This document shows positions 37,636-51,300 of a stretch of DNA of 59,107 bases, piece by piece. A program made the translations under genes and the position numbers. Position 1 is the first letter of the stretch, and each line of letters begins with the position of its first letter. Source of the stretch: Paramecium tetraurelia (Eukaryota); assembly GCA_000165425.1 (NCBI GenBank), contig CT868649.1, forward strand, positions 682,001-741,107, in the 5' to 3' direction. The notes beneath the pieces were generated by a model. That model did no database searches and was not told where the DNA came from. It was given only the letters and a program-made list of their open reading frames with translations.

Positions 37636-38448
37636 TCACTCTAAGAAACCATTACTCAAATCAGAGATCTCTTCCAGTTCTATTTATTCATCCACTGATA
37701 GAAGAAATGTTGGATAATAGAAGGACTTTCCACATGTAACGAATGCACCAACAGGTTTACTACAATCGCATGTTCTTGGTTTCATGGCTTAAGTGAAACA
37801 AGTTCTTAATTCAGCAATATAAAATTTGCCAGTTGTAGCTAAATTAATAAATTATACAATTTACAATCTTTCTAACATGTATATGTCATTGCTGTTGATA
37901 TTCCTAATACTTTTGTAAATGCTGCTCTAACTTCAGCATCTGTTAATTGCCTATCATCATCTGGATAGATTCCTGCTGATGCCAATATTTTATAATAATT
38001 ATATTGATTATTAAGGTTTCCAACTCTTGACATATAACCATTTTAAGTAAGATTATCTGGGTGACATGTTCCATGCTTTTCCCATTCGTGTCTACATTAT
38101 AATAATAATTTACTTTCTAAATGTGAAAGTGTCTGAATACATGCCATTCCAAGTAACATCAATTAATGTCTTAGTGGCCACAGTTAATTTATCTTCATCA
38201 TAGTCTTCATCTCTACAATTGAATATCATCCCACAAGTAGTTTCTAACATTGTATTTGGCCATAATCCATGCGTATTCCATCTAGCATTATCATAATTTC
38301 CCATGTATGTTTTTGTACACTTCTAAAATTTACATATAGATCCTGGCCATTCTTAAGCAAATACGTACATATAGCCTAAGATTTCATCATTTTATTGACA
38401 ATATGCCTGACTGACAATATATAACAACAGTATGATTGTTATTTTCAT
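37636..38448 (-). CDS. Ribonuclease T2 family, secreted
   Basis: Signal peptide; FAQEWPGSIC; CAS I NTHGLWP; CAS II HEWEKHGTC across an intron. Confidence 0.93.
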
Positions 38449-38602
38449 AGTTTTGAATAATTATAATAATAATAAAGATTAATCTATATGACATCATAGA
38501 ATTCGATAATAAATAATATGTTTTTAGGTCTCTTACTAAAAGGATAAGTATTAATTTAATTGCATTTTATATATACATAAATTAAATTATATCAATTTTC
38601 AT

Positions 38603-39284
38603 TCAATTTACTCTTAAGAGAATCAAAATAATCAATTGCTGCTTTATTGACTGACATAAATTAATCAGTCACCAATAATTTGTGGTGAATTGACGAATTT
38701 AGGTTTATTGAATACCATTATTTATTTGGTTTTAAAGCATCCTCCTTCATTTATTAGATAATTAGGGTTTGAATTGGAATATCTTCAGTGGTTTGACACT
38801 GATCATCAATCAGTTTAGGCTACTTTTTTTCTTTTTCTAAATTTAAATTACAGGTTAAATCAGTTTGAGTTTCAACAGTGTTTAAATTCTTGCTGATTAT
38901 TTGTGTATCAACATTTACTGTAGATTACTCAGCAGATAAATTTGATAGTTCATTCGACTATATCTATTAAGACAACTTGGTTTTGAATTTAAATTATAGA
39001 AGGATTTTTTTTTGATTTGATTAATTGTTCTCTTTGATTTATTGAATTTCTGGCTCTTTAATCTCAGAACAACCACTATTGTACTACTACTTGATGTTCT
39101 CTTGGACAAATTTATCTTAAGGAGGCTCAATTGTATGAATGGATTATTCAGAATTTTCTTGTATAGAGGGATACTATTTGTTAAAATTAGTGTTTTTAAA
39201 TTGCTCCAACAATCTTTTTCTATTTTGAATACACTTCTCTAGATAAAAGGAAGGAGCTGGATAAATATTAGGATGTTAATCCAT
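38603..39284 (-). CDS. Hypothetical protein
   Basis: ATG 39284 (MDQHPNIYPAPSFYL), frame includes ORF 38915-39130, TGA near 38603. Confidence 0.5.
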
Positions 39285-39398
39285 AGTATTAATTATTAAA
39301 TAACAAAAACATTTTTATTAATAAGCTTCTAAATAATTAACATACCTTTCATTTAGAACATTTGGTATATTTATTTATTTCATTTATGTATAATAATA

Positions 39399-39922
39399 TC
39401 ATGCTGTTGCTTTTTTAATAAAGGTACGTTAAGCAGATCTTCTAATCTTACCTGCATATCTTCCAGCAACTGTATCAGCATCTTTAACATCAGCCTTATC
39501 AAATTAATCGACTTTTGCTTCTTTTCTATCAACTACATCCATCAAATTGATTTCGCAAGTGTTATCACTAATATAGATTTAAATTATATACGGATTCACA
39601 AACACATAGCCACCCAAATGCAAAAAGTCACCAGTGACTCCTTTGACATCTTAAGTGAATTTAATCTTCAAAGGCCCTGGTGGTAATATGTATACTGCTG
39701 CAGGAGTTCTATTTTGAATAATGAGAGCTGCCTTGCGAGGTTATTACAATAGACGAATACTTCATTTGTTTTAGCCACTATTCTTGAGAAACCTTCGAAT
39801 TTGTCCAATATTGTTCTGTATGGAGTTCTAATGGTCAACTCCATCTTTGCTTTCTTAGCTGTACTGAAACAAGCCTGATTCTTAAGGGCAAGTCCAATCA
39901 CACCATTAGCGATTCTATTCAT
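39399..39922 (-). CDS. Mitochondrial ATP synthase F1 delta subunit
   Basis: Presequence MNRIANGVIGLALKNQACFS, MELTIRTPYRTI, then after an intron AALIIQNRTPAAVYILPPGPLKI...FLHLGGYVFVNP|DNTCEINLMD, matching the delta/epsilon beta-sandwich pattern. Confidence 0.85.
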
Positions 39923-39954
39923 AATTTATTTATTTAATTTTTATATTTATTTCT

Positions 39955-41150
39955 ATGCAAAAAGAATAAATAAGAAACCAATTAAAAAAACAACTGTTCG
40001 AAAATTAAGGATTGCGTTAAAAGAAATCTATTGACATTGAAAATAACATTACTCAATAGAATTCTCCTTAGCTGCAAGAAACATTTTAAGATGCATACTA
40101 ATTAATGGAGAAAATAGGTATTCAGTTTGTTCTTATCTAGGTGAGGGTGCTCATTCTGTGGTTCGTAAATGCTTAAGATTACCTAAATAAAAAAGTGCTA
40201 GGTCTCTTATGACTAAATCAACCTAGATATATGCAGTTAAATGTTTTAGAACTGATGATCCAGAGATTGTAAATACAATTATTCAGACATTTAATTTGTA
40301 AAGATTATTATAAGATGTCCCTCGAATTTGTAGGGCTTATGATCTTTTTATAGATGAAAAAACGAAACATTAGTATCAAGTGATAGAATATTGTGATATT
40401 CCTAGTTTGGATTAAGTGTTTCCATTGCTATCACTTAAACATAAATAGGAAACTATTAAATAACTGGCTTAAACAATTGCTTAAATACATTCTAAAGGGA
40501 TATGTCATCGAGATTTAAAGCCGGAAAACATATTAATATAATTGAATCCAGAAATATAAATTAAGTTAATTGATTTTGGAGTTAGTAAACGATTCAAATT
40601 CAAAGATACCTTTAAAGATATGTGGACTGCAACTGGAACCATAGTTTATTAAGCACCTGAAGTATTTTTAGGTGGTGGCTATGACGAAAAGGGTAGTTAT
40701 GGTATAATATTAAAGTTGATATCTGGTCTATTGGAGTAATATTATACTAATTATTGTGTTATCGACTTCCCTTTTTTGCTGATACTGTTAGTGAAACCAT
40801 TGAGTTAATTACCTCAGAAAATCTTTCATTCCAATACACAGAAGAATTTTAGAATCTGAGTTACATAGAGAGAGACTTGATTAAAAGATTACTGAAACAC
40901 AATCCTCATCATAGACTCTATGCTGAAGGTACATATTTGAATAACTTTAGACATCTCTTTACATCCTTGGTTTGAAGACTAAAGTATACATACTTAATAT
41001 GTTATATCTGATGATACAAATCTAATGTCTAGACAGATTTTGGAAGAAAGAACACTTTCTACTCAAATTGGCAATGAAATCTCAGATCAATAAGTTTAAA
41101 ATTTGATGGATAGTTTTGAGTGGGGATAAAGAATTCATTTTAAAAAATGA
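39955..41150 (+). CDS. CAMK-group Ser/Thr protein kinase
   Basis: LGEGAHSVVRKC, YAVK, ICHRDLKPENILI, LIDFGVSK, TGTIVYQAPE, DIWSIGV, HPWF; two introns. Confidence 0.9.
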
Positions 41151-41215
41151 TTAATCTTTTAGATGATCAAATTTTTGTTTTATTTTGCTTCAAATATTAA
41201 TTTATTTAATTGTAG

Positions 41216-42120
41216 ATGGGCAATCAGGGAGGGATGTGTTGTCTTTCTAGGTAGAAGGAGAATCATGTTTTGAATAATGAATTAGTTATAATTCGAGAAT
41301 ATATGAATGTGAAAATAACGGTTAAATTGGGTGACATCTAGAAGGAATCTGGAGAAAGTGTAAGTAAGTTTCCCCCTCTATTCATAAAGTTTGTTTATAT
41401 ACAAATCCTGATAAAATTCCGTTATAGTAAAATATTATCCAATCGATTTACGACAATATCAGTAGAAGTATTAATTATGCTTATCCTCTAGTTGGATATG
41501 AACAGGTCTATATTCAAAATTTAGAAATGAGTGCCTACAAGTGTATAACTTATTATCGAGTAAGAGTTTTTGAAGTATTATAAACCATTATATTGAGTCA
41601 GATAAAGATTTATTCCAATATTATAACGGGTTTAGAGAGTGGTAAATAATGCTTACAACATTATTAGTTTATCGTAGTTGAATGACGAAGAATTTAAAGA
41701 TATTCTTATATGTGATTGTCCAATCAAATAAAGTAGAGCGTTTAGTTCCGAAGTATTGGTTAGATCAGTGATTGAGTATCAATATTTAATAACTTAGTTT
41801 TATTGATGAATCAAAAAGTAGATTGAATATCAGAAGCATAACCATGTTGAATTGTGATAAGAAGAGTGTAATCTGTAATGATTAATAATGAGTCCCGTTT
41901 TTTGAAATATGAACTAATCAAATAAATAGAAGAATCTAACGAGCCCATGATACGAAAGGAGAGGTAGAACAAATTCATGAAATTTATTACTTCCACTAAG
42001 AGTATTACATCTGAAATGGGCAGATAATTAAAATGTGATTTCAGTTTGTAAGACTTCGATCTTGGAGATGAATCTAAATTGGTACATGCTCTAAAATAGG
42101 ATTAAATAGAAGAATAGTGA
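41216..42120 (+). CDS. Hypothetical protein with N-terminal MG..CC acylation-like motif
   Basis: MGNQGGMCCL start; apparently open in the ciliate code with probable small introns; TGA 42118-42120. Confidence 0.5.
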
Positions 42121-42251
42121 ATAATTAAACAGGTAATTCTTAGTTATATCATAATTAATATCAATGCCAACATACTCTCTCATTTATTCTTAAATTTTCA
42201 AATTAATTACTAAATTATTCAATTATCAATACATAATATATATATTATAAA

Positions 42252-42896
42252 TATGAATAGAAAGAAAAATACAACATCAGTTCCTACATTGCCTTAGAGT
42301 AAAATAAATCAATCATTATTGGTCCCTCCTCCATAAATAATGAGTCCAAATTAATCATATTCAACGTATATTCCACCTGAACCTAAATTCGATCCAAACG
42401 ATTATATAACAGGATCGACAACTAAGAGAGACATCATTTTGTATAAGGAAATATTTGATTTTTTGGATTCAAACAACAATGGAGTTATTTAACCTATGGA
42501 TTTGAGAAAGGCATTTGCAAGTGCCGGCAAATATTAACCAAAAAAATAAATTATTTATCAAATGATTGCTGACTTCGATCAAGATCAAAGTGGTATAATT
42601 GAATTTAGAGAGTTTGTGAGAATGATGTCGATGCATCCAGGAGAAAAGGATACAGATGAAGATTTTGAAAATATCTTTTATCAATTCGATTTAGATTACA
42701 AAGGTACTTAGCCAATCCCATAAACTAGGTTATATAACAATTGATGATCTCAGAGAGATGGCATCAGAATGTAACGAGAATCTAAAAGATGAAGACTTAG
42801 AAAACATAATCAAAGCTTGTGATCCAGAAGGAAATGGCACTATTAGAAAATAAGGATTTATTAGGTATATGAAAAGTCTACAAAAGAAAAATTGAT
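42252..42896 (+). CDS. Centrin/caltractin-like EF-hand protein
   Basis: KEIFDFLDSNNNGVI, MIADFDQDQSGIIEFREF, FYQFDLDYKG|YITIDDL, CDPEGNGTI; Pro-rich N-terminal extension. Confidence 0.85.
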
Positions 42897-43169
42897 GATA
42901 TTTATAAGAATATTATACATTTATTATTTCTTATTTCAAATATGAAATGATGTTTTGCATCTAAATGAAATATAATGACCTCAATTTAGGATATAATCGA
43001 AGTGGATATTAAATTTAAAATGTAAACATATTAATTACATTTAGGAATTGATTGCATTTGAATTAGAAAAAAATGATAAATTAAAATAGAAGAAGCATAA
43101 AGCTTGTTATGTCAGATTGAATTAATACTATGTACATTATTTATTTTTTAAACAATTAACACAAAAATA

Positions 43170-44866
43170 TCAATCTTTTTCGAGTAAGTTTAGTTCCACA
43201 TCTTCAATTTTCTCTTCTTTATCATTTCTTTTCCTAAAAAAATAGACAAAACATTTACTATATATATATAATTAGTGCCCACAGAAAAGGTAAAAGAGAT
43301 ATGAACCACCCAAAAACTATAAAAAATCCATCGTAATTCAAGGACCCTCTAATCTATTGAATCACTGATATTATCAATAGAATGACCACTGTAAAATGAC
43401 AGAGTTTAACAATAGAAAATTCAATAAATGCTGGAATCTAAATATTACATTATTCTAAATCCTTTTTAAATTTGCTAAATCTTTTAGGATTTCCAAAATA
43501 ATAAACTTCAAATAGCAATCCTCCCATAAAAGAAATAGTAGTTCCATATAAATCTACAAATTCAAGTAGATAAAATCCAATGTCAGTACAATAGATTGAT
43601 CCTAAAATTCCTAATGCAATGCAGATTCCCAATCGAACTTATTGAACTGTCAGTTTATATCCAAACAAAAACACTTCTCCTAAACAAGCATCCTCTATTG
43701 TTCCAGCAATCAGATCCACAAATCCAAATTATGTATCAACTCCCAATAAAACAAGTACACAAAAGAATAAAATGCACCATAAATTTGGCATCGGCATCTA
43801 TGCTAAAATGGCTGGATATAGAACAAATGCCAAATCTGGGCCAGATAACTAGTTATATAATGATAATTACTGGCAATTCATCTATAGGAATGTTGAATCT
43901 AACACTAACATGTCCAATGTAACTAAACACAACTAATCCTGCAAGCATACCACATAAAGATGTAATAATGGGAATAGCATAAGAGAAATTAGGTAGATTA
44001 TCATCCTTCTTTCTATAGCTGCCATATAAGCATAGAATAGCCAAACCGACATTCATTTGAAAAATGACCTAATTAGCAGCATCTACCCAAACAGAGGGAT
44101 TAAATAATTTAACAAAGTCTGGTTTAAATAAATAATAAATTCCTTCACTTGAACCTTCAAGCATTAAGCCCCTTATGAGTAGAATCATTAATAAAATATA
44201 AGGGGAAGTGGCTGTCACTATTGCAATTTTTCCTGAGGTTCCTACTCCTTCCCTAAAGTAATATACAAGAGTAAATACTTAATAATTAAATAGACAATTG
44301 TTAATGAAACCATATACGCAATAAGTAAACTCCATACTATTTCATCTAATATTAAATATTAAAAATTAATACTTATGTTTGTGATTGAATCTGATATTTG
44401 AAGAATTTCACCATAAAAGTATGACTTAGAAAAAGGTTATTCTTCATTTATTACGCTTTCTAACCAAGGCAAGGGATATTTGAAGGAATCCCATAAAAAT
44501 CGAAAGGAATAAGCCATGATTAAATTCTAGGATTAAATTAGAATTACATAATATGTAGAAACATATGAGGCTATTATGATGCCTATGAATCCAAAACCTG
44601 CTAATTTTGGTTTCTCTGAGGCAATAAGATGCGCAAATCCCATTCCTTTTGTTTATCCAAGTCCAACTTCAAGGAAGAATAATGGAATTGCAAGTGTGAA
44701 AACAAGAAGAAAGTAAGGAATAAGGAATGTTCCTCCTCCATTTTTAAAAACCACTAAATAGTTATTACAATCTTACAATAAGGAAATCTCCAAACACTTC
44801 CGAAGCCTGCAGCAAAGCCTAGAGCGGTCATCATGAAAGTCCAAGAGTTTGTGAATTTCATTCTCT
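43170..44866 (-). CDS. Neurotransmitter:sodium symporter (NSS/SLC6) family transporter, paralog 1
   Basis: [72 protein letters not shown]; ~12 TM; several introns. Confidence 0.93.
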
Positions 44867-45007
44867 CTTCTTAATACTCTTCTAAGCTTTTATTCGATGG
44901 CAACATTAATTAAATTGATAAAAATGCAATTTAAGAATAGATTGTTAAAAAAAGATAACTTTAAAACAAATAAATTCATTTTATACATAAATATACAAAT
45001 CTAAAAT

Positions 45008-46166
45008 TCATTTGAATAAATCATTTTCCCAATAAGTCTAATCAAATTTATAGACTCTTGAATATCCACCCTCTTCTCCAGTAATAAATCCTTTTCCATC
45101 AGGGAAGAATGCTAAGGCATTGATAGGTCCAATTTGATTAGGATCTATACATTTAATAATTTATTATACTTAATAATTTTCCTACTTCCTCCTCATAAAT
45201 TACGTTGCAAATGTGTATATCAAATCCTTAAAATTTGGTTCTGGCTGTTTCTCTTGCTGGAATACCACCAGCAACTATCAAATGAGGTTTTGGCTTTTGC
45301 TCAGTATTGAATAATGGTGAGATTGCAACAGCATTCATGGGTACTTCATATTTGAATTATCTCAACAATTATAAAGTAGCTGGATCAAAGATCTTGCATC
45401 CATCGTTACCAGCAGTAGCCAAAATTGAAAAATCTTTGGCAAATGTAAATTGCTTGATTTCACCATCATGCACTTATACTCTTCTAATTTCCTACTCTAT
45501 TCATTATCTAGAATTAATATATACTTTATGGATAAGATAACAATAAGAGTTCTCCTTCAGTTGATGCCATTACAATGGTTTGATTCAAATATCCCCAACT
45601 TGCTTGAGTAGTCTTGAATTTATCTGGAGTTATAAGAGTGTCTGTAATTTCCAATACATCTTATGTTTATCTCAATTTAATCTTATCTAAGATTTCTTGC
45701 ACTTTCAAGATCCGAGTCTCGTAATTGATTGTCGAAGTCATTGGTTAATATACCTATACATTATGCTTCCAATCTAATTACAATAATTAAATTTTCATCC
45801 CCAAAGGAGAAACTCAACCCATTTGGCCTTTCTCATATCAGCTGTTAATTTTCCAAGACTCTTTCCTCCATTGATCTAAAAGAAATCAACAGAACCCTTA
45901 GATATCAATTAGTATTCTTTACTTCTAATGAACCACTCACTAATAATTCGCTATTATCTGTCAAATCTAATGTCTTCACTGCACCACTTGCTTTATAATT
46001 TCCTAATCTAATTTTTGATCTCTCTAATTATATACCTTTCACCAGTCTCTGTCAACCAACAATTAATACCACCATCTTATGAGGCAGTAAAGAATAAATC
46101 TCCATCATAATTGATTTTAACAGTCATTATAGCTCTGTCTGTACCTCTGACATGAAAAGGCCTCAT
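45008..46166 (-). CDS. EIF3I: Translation initiation factor eIF3 subunit I (TIF34-like WD40)
   Basis: MRPFHVRGTDRAIMTVKINYDGDLFFTASQD, VPMNAVAISP, AGGIPARE, IYEEEVGK, FGPINALAFFPDGKGFITG.EEGGYSR. Confidence 0.85.
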
Positions 46167-46500
46167 TTAATTAATTTAATTTATGGAAGAATAAGAAAAT
46201 AGAAAATATAAAAGAATAAGAATAACTAAATAAAAAGAGCAATAAAGAAGGCACTTTTAAAAATAAGGAAAATTTTAGTTATATACTTAATGCATTTAAG
46301 ACGTTGAGTGATTGGAACAGCTTTTTAACTTTTTTACGATTAGATGAGTCTCATGACGTTCAATAGCAGATATTGAAAATTCTAATATTAGAAACTACAT
46401 TATAAGAAATAATGATCAATTATGATTATAAAGAATGGAATTAAATAATTTGAATTAAGAATTGTTAGAAATAGTGTATTATAAGGACTAAATAAATAAA

Positions 46501-47744
46501 TCAACCATAATTAATTGCGCTTTTGGTTCTATGTGCATGTCTTCTTCTTCTGTGTCTTAAGACAACAGGATCTTCTTCGTCTTTGAATTTTGGAGAGTTA
46601 ATAATTATTCGCTAATTAATCAAATTCTTTTCATTAGGATTATTAGTATTAATATTAATATTTGTATCATCTATTTAGAATGTATAATTTCTTATATGTC
46701 TTACTAATTTTGTAATACTCTATTTCTTCATAATTTTAATATCTGATTGCGCAACAACAACTAATTTCTTGTTTACATTATTATTTTTCGGGGAATTGAA
46801 AACAGGAGTCTTATCAAGTTAATTAGAACTAATTGAATGTCTTTCTTCTTCAGATTATATAGAATCATTCAAATATTGTTGTTTTTGGCTTTGCTCAATA
46901 ATCCTTTGTTGGAACTTAGAGGGCACAATCAGACTCTAATGTTTTATCCTGTTTTCATGATTTAAATTTTTCATGCTATGAACTTTAGTGTTATATAAAA
47001 TCAATTATTTTTTTAGTGCTAGTGATGGGTTTACTAAAGATTATAAAGATTTAATGTAATAAAAGGCCTTCTCATATTGCCATTACTTAATTTTTATTAG
47101 ATATGCTATCATTACAGCTGTACTCCAATTTAATCCATTCTAACAACATACTAATATCGAAGAACGTTTGATTTCATTCTAAATCAGTTGGCAAGTCTTT
47201 TCAAAAATATTTATAGCCTCTCCAATGCCATCATTTAGTCTCTAAATCATTTTATCAATAGTACATGATAGGTAGCATACTCTATAAATTTAGTATGATT
47301 TTATTATCCAATAACTATAATAGTTCGAATGTTCTTTAATTTAAAGTATTGAATAGATTCCAAGGCAAGAACATTCCCTTAGTATATTTTGTGGAAGCGT
47401 TCCTCAAGTACTGTGAAGAGAAAGGCTTAGTTAAGCATATAGAAATGTGAACCAAATAAAAGATTATTATATTTCTTAGATATTGATTTATTATCCAAAT
47501 AATACTTCATAGGTTATATTTGATGTTGTGATTTCTCTATCTAAAAACACAACATTTTCTCAATGATCAATATATTATCAACTACAAAAGTGAGATTAAT
47601 TTCGTTAAAAAAAATAATGTCATTCGCATCCTCATCGGACAAACCATTTATCAAATAATAATCTAAAATATTGGTGAGGTGGAATTTACAATGTCTATCA
47701 ACTAAATTCTGTACAAAAGAGTAAATAATAATTCGATTATTCAC
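46501..47744 (-). CDS. Dual-specificity phosphatase-like protein, probably inactive
   Basis: DSP fold segments (INIFEKTCQLIQNEI; ILVCCQNGLNWSTAVMIAYLIKIKQWQYEKAFYYIK). The 5' end is uncertain (~47744-47793). Confidence 0.7.
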
Positions 47745-48058
47745 TAAAAAATAAAATTTGAAGCTTGTTATGCCAAGTTATTACGACAACCATAAATGAA
47801 AGATGTCTTGTGTTGGTCTATGGAAATGAATGCTCTGATTTGGATAGAATAAATATTTGATTATTAACATGCAGCGGATTTATTGCTGAATTATTAGAAG
47901 TTTTACTTTGAGGAGTATAAGAATATTTATAGTGTTTAAATGGATAAATAATATTAATTTAAGAATTTAGTGAAATTAGAATGAATTAGTAAGGCCATAA
48001 CAATGGTTATAGCAAAAAATCTATTGAAAATATCATATTTAATATTAAATTATTACAT

Positions 48059-49045
48059 ATGAGTATCCATGAATAGTTGTTACAAATGGTGACAGACGTA
48101 AGTAGTTATAAGTGTATGTAGATTTGCAGCTCACTTAAATAGGAACCAGCTGTAACAAAGGTGTAGAGTACACAAGAGATTCTGAATGCACTCAAACTTC
48201 TAATCTTTATACTACTCGAATTAGTATCTCAAAACAAAAGCCTCGAATATGATGAATTAGAAAAGGCAGTCTAAAAAGCTGAAGCAGAGATTCGTTCTCA
48301 TGTTAGGGTATCATAGAAGGCATAATTGTAGTTAGAATAATAGATGAAACTTTACACTGATAACCTATAAGAGAAGATTGAACAACTTGAATTGGAAAAG
48401 CAATAAATAGAAGTACAATAATTGTCATTAAAATTTAGTAAGATCGTAAGGCATCAACTTTACAATTAAATTTTTTATCTTCCAAAGAAATGGAAAAGAA
48501 GCCATCCAATTTGTCTCAACAACGTGAAGGAAGCCCAAACGTAGTTAAGAAATCTTACATAATGGGCAATTAGATATATCATCGGCAACATTAATCTAAC
48601 TTAATCACTTATCAAGATTAGCAAATACCCAATAAAACTACATCTTAGGAACCTATAAATCGTGAACGTAGAAGTGCCAACACTCAACATATCAGTTACA
48701 TTCCAGGAAAAGGACTCCCATTGAAGAACAATGTCTCTCATTAAAATAACTCTATCCACAATCCACCATCAAATAGAAAAGATGATAGAAATAAATCCCA
48801 ATAATCTCAAGAAAGAGTCATTGATAAAAGCTAATCATTATTAAAATCTTAGAATAGCTACTCCTACATTAAAATGTATAATATTTAAAAATTGATTATA
48901 AATAAAAATCAGAATGACAATATTAAGTAAGCTACTTAATTAACATAGTAAACCAAAAGGTATTAGTAAATAATCATATTTTAGCAAAACCATTCATGGA
49001 GTATGTAACAATATTTTAGATGAATCTCATTATAAAAAGAAATGA
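48059..49045 (+). CDS. Hypothetical coiled-coil protein
   Basis: MSIHEQLLQMVTD start; YDELEKAVQKAEAEIRSHVR|LEQQMKLYTDNLQEKIEQLE; three introns; TGA near 49043-49045. Confidence 0.6.
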
Positions 49046-49175
49046 TAATAAATATTAATAATATTAATTTTTGAGTTCTTATCCATTCGTATATTCCCTA
49101 ATTCATCATTGCTCTATTTAATATCAAATTATCATTTTATAATAATTAATTAGTTACTCATAATTAATTTTAAAA

Positions 49176-50927
49176 TCACTATTATACCTGCTTAGTCAAT
49201 AATTCTATATCTAAATCATTATTGCTCATGTCTATCTTATTGCGATTTCTATAATAATAAAATAGAAATTACTCTATATAAATCTTGATGGCAGCTATAA
49301 ATGGCGAGAAAGAAATAAACCAGCCAATCAAAACTACATGAAATGAATAATCAAGAGAACTTTTGATTTATGATATAACGGATATTATAAGCAATACAAT
49401 AACAGTATAATGGCAGAGTTTTGTTAATGAAAATTCAATTAGCCAAGGAACGTAATTCCCATATTTCTCTAAATCCATTTTCAATTTTTCAAATCTCTCT
49501 TTTGATCCAAAGTAAAATACTTCAAATAGTACTCCCAACATAAATGAAACATTAGTTCCAAAAGTATCCACAAAACTCAATAAATAAAATCCAATATCTG
49601 TGCAATAGATTAAACCTATCACTCCTAATATGCTGCAAACACTTAATCGAACTTGTTGAACCGTCAATTTATATCCGCAAACTATCACTTCTCCCAAATA
49701 AATGTCTTCTATTGTTCCTGCAATTCCATCTACAAATCCAAATTAAGTATCAATCCCCAACATTAATAATACTAAAAAGAATAAAATGCACCATAAATTT
49801 GGCATTGGCATCTAGGCCAAAATTGCTGGATATAAAACAAATGCCAAATCTGGACCAGATAACTAATTATTGTTGTCATAAATACAGGTAATTGTGAAAT
49901 TGAAACGTTGAATTTAAAACTAACATGTCCTATATAACTGAATACAACTAAGCCGGCTAACATTCCACATAATGCAGTTAACAAAGGTATCGCAAAAGAA
50001 AAATTAGATAAATTGTCATCCTTCTTTCTATAACTACCATATAAACAAAGAATGGCTTGTCCAACTGACATTTAAAATATGACTTAATTAGCAGCATCTA
50101 CCCAAACAGAGGGATTAAATAATTTAACAAAGTCTGGTTTAAATAAAAAATATATTCCTTCACTGGAACCTTCAAGCATTAAGCCCCTTATGAGTAGAAT
50201 CATTAATAAAATATAAGGGGAAGTGGCTGTCACTATTGCAATTTTTCCTGATGTTTCAACTCCTTCCCTAATTATGAATCTATAAATATTACTTTATACA
50301 AAAGTATACTATTATTAATGATACAATATATGCAATAAAAAGACCCCAAATTATATGATCTATTGTATTTTAAATTTAAATTACTTAAATCTGTTATGCA
50401 TGTGGAAATCTAAACAATAGAATCGTAAAAGTAATCTCTAGAAAAGGGTTTATTTTATTCAATTATGCTCTCCAACCATGGTATTGGGTACTTGAATGAT
50501 TCCCACAAATATCTCAAAGAATAAGCCATAATTAGATTCTACTTTCTGTGATATATTTTACATAATATGTGGATATATATGCGCAAATTACTATTCCAAC
50601 ATACCCAAATCCTTTTAACATAGGTTTTTCAATGTCTAATAAATGAGCCATACCAATTCCTTTACATTGTCCCAAACCAACTTCTAAAAAAAATAATGGG
50701 ATAGCCAAAGTAAAAACCAAAATAAAGTAAGGTATTAAAAATGTGCCTCCTCCATTCTTGAATACAACTAGTCAGTTTATTATAATCAAATATATACGAT
50801 AAGGAAATCTCCAAACACTTCCAAAACCTGCAGCAAATCCTAACGATGTAAGCATAAAGGTCCATGAGCTTGAGAACTTCATTCTGATTTCCTAATATCC
50901 TTTTAAACTTTGTCTAGATGGTTACAT
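49176..50927 (-). CDS. Neurotransmitter:sodium symporter (NSS/SLC6) family transporter, paralog 2
   Basis: Same motifs and intron positions as 43170-44866 ([48 protein letters not shown]). Confidence 0.93.
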
Positions 50928-51300
50928 TATTTAATAATTAATTATTGCTATTAAGAACAAATACTCAAAACTTGTATTATTCTGAAATTATCGTTATTAA
51001 AAATATTAGTACAATGTTAAGATTATTCAACAATTCAAAAAAAAAAATTATTGAAATATATATAACTTCTACTCTTGAACTGATAAGAGTGCGAAATCTT
51101 TATCATCTAGTGACTTATAAAGACCCATAATTGCATTGAAATCTTTTTACAAGCTTACATAGAAACTAGTTAACGTATAACCTCAAACTAATTTTATAGG
51201 TTTTTTAATACAAAACAGCATTGTAGATAAATAGTATGATAATAATGAATATTATTTATTTAAATCTGAATAAAAAATTAAAAAAAAATGATTAATATAT

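Noticed and set aside
10418..41245. Several N-terminal MG..C acylation motifs (10418, 15288, 41216) in the same window as a DHHC enzyme
   Set aside because: Such N-termini and DHHC genes are common in ciliates; nothing indicates functional clustering.
46183..46453. Possible small plus-strand gene divergent from eIF3i (MEEQEN...)
   Set aside because: It needs a frameshift just after the ATG, lies only 16 bp from the eIF3i start, and has no recognisable motif.
47796..47982. About 60-codon plus-strand ORF (MKDVLCW...)
   Set aside because: Short, no motif, and it abuts the uncertain 5' end of the phosphatase-like gene.
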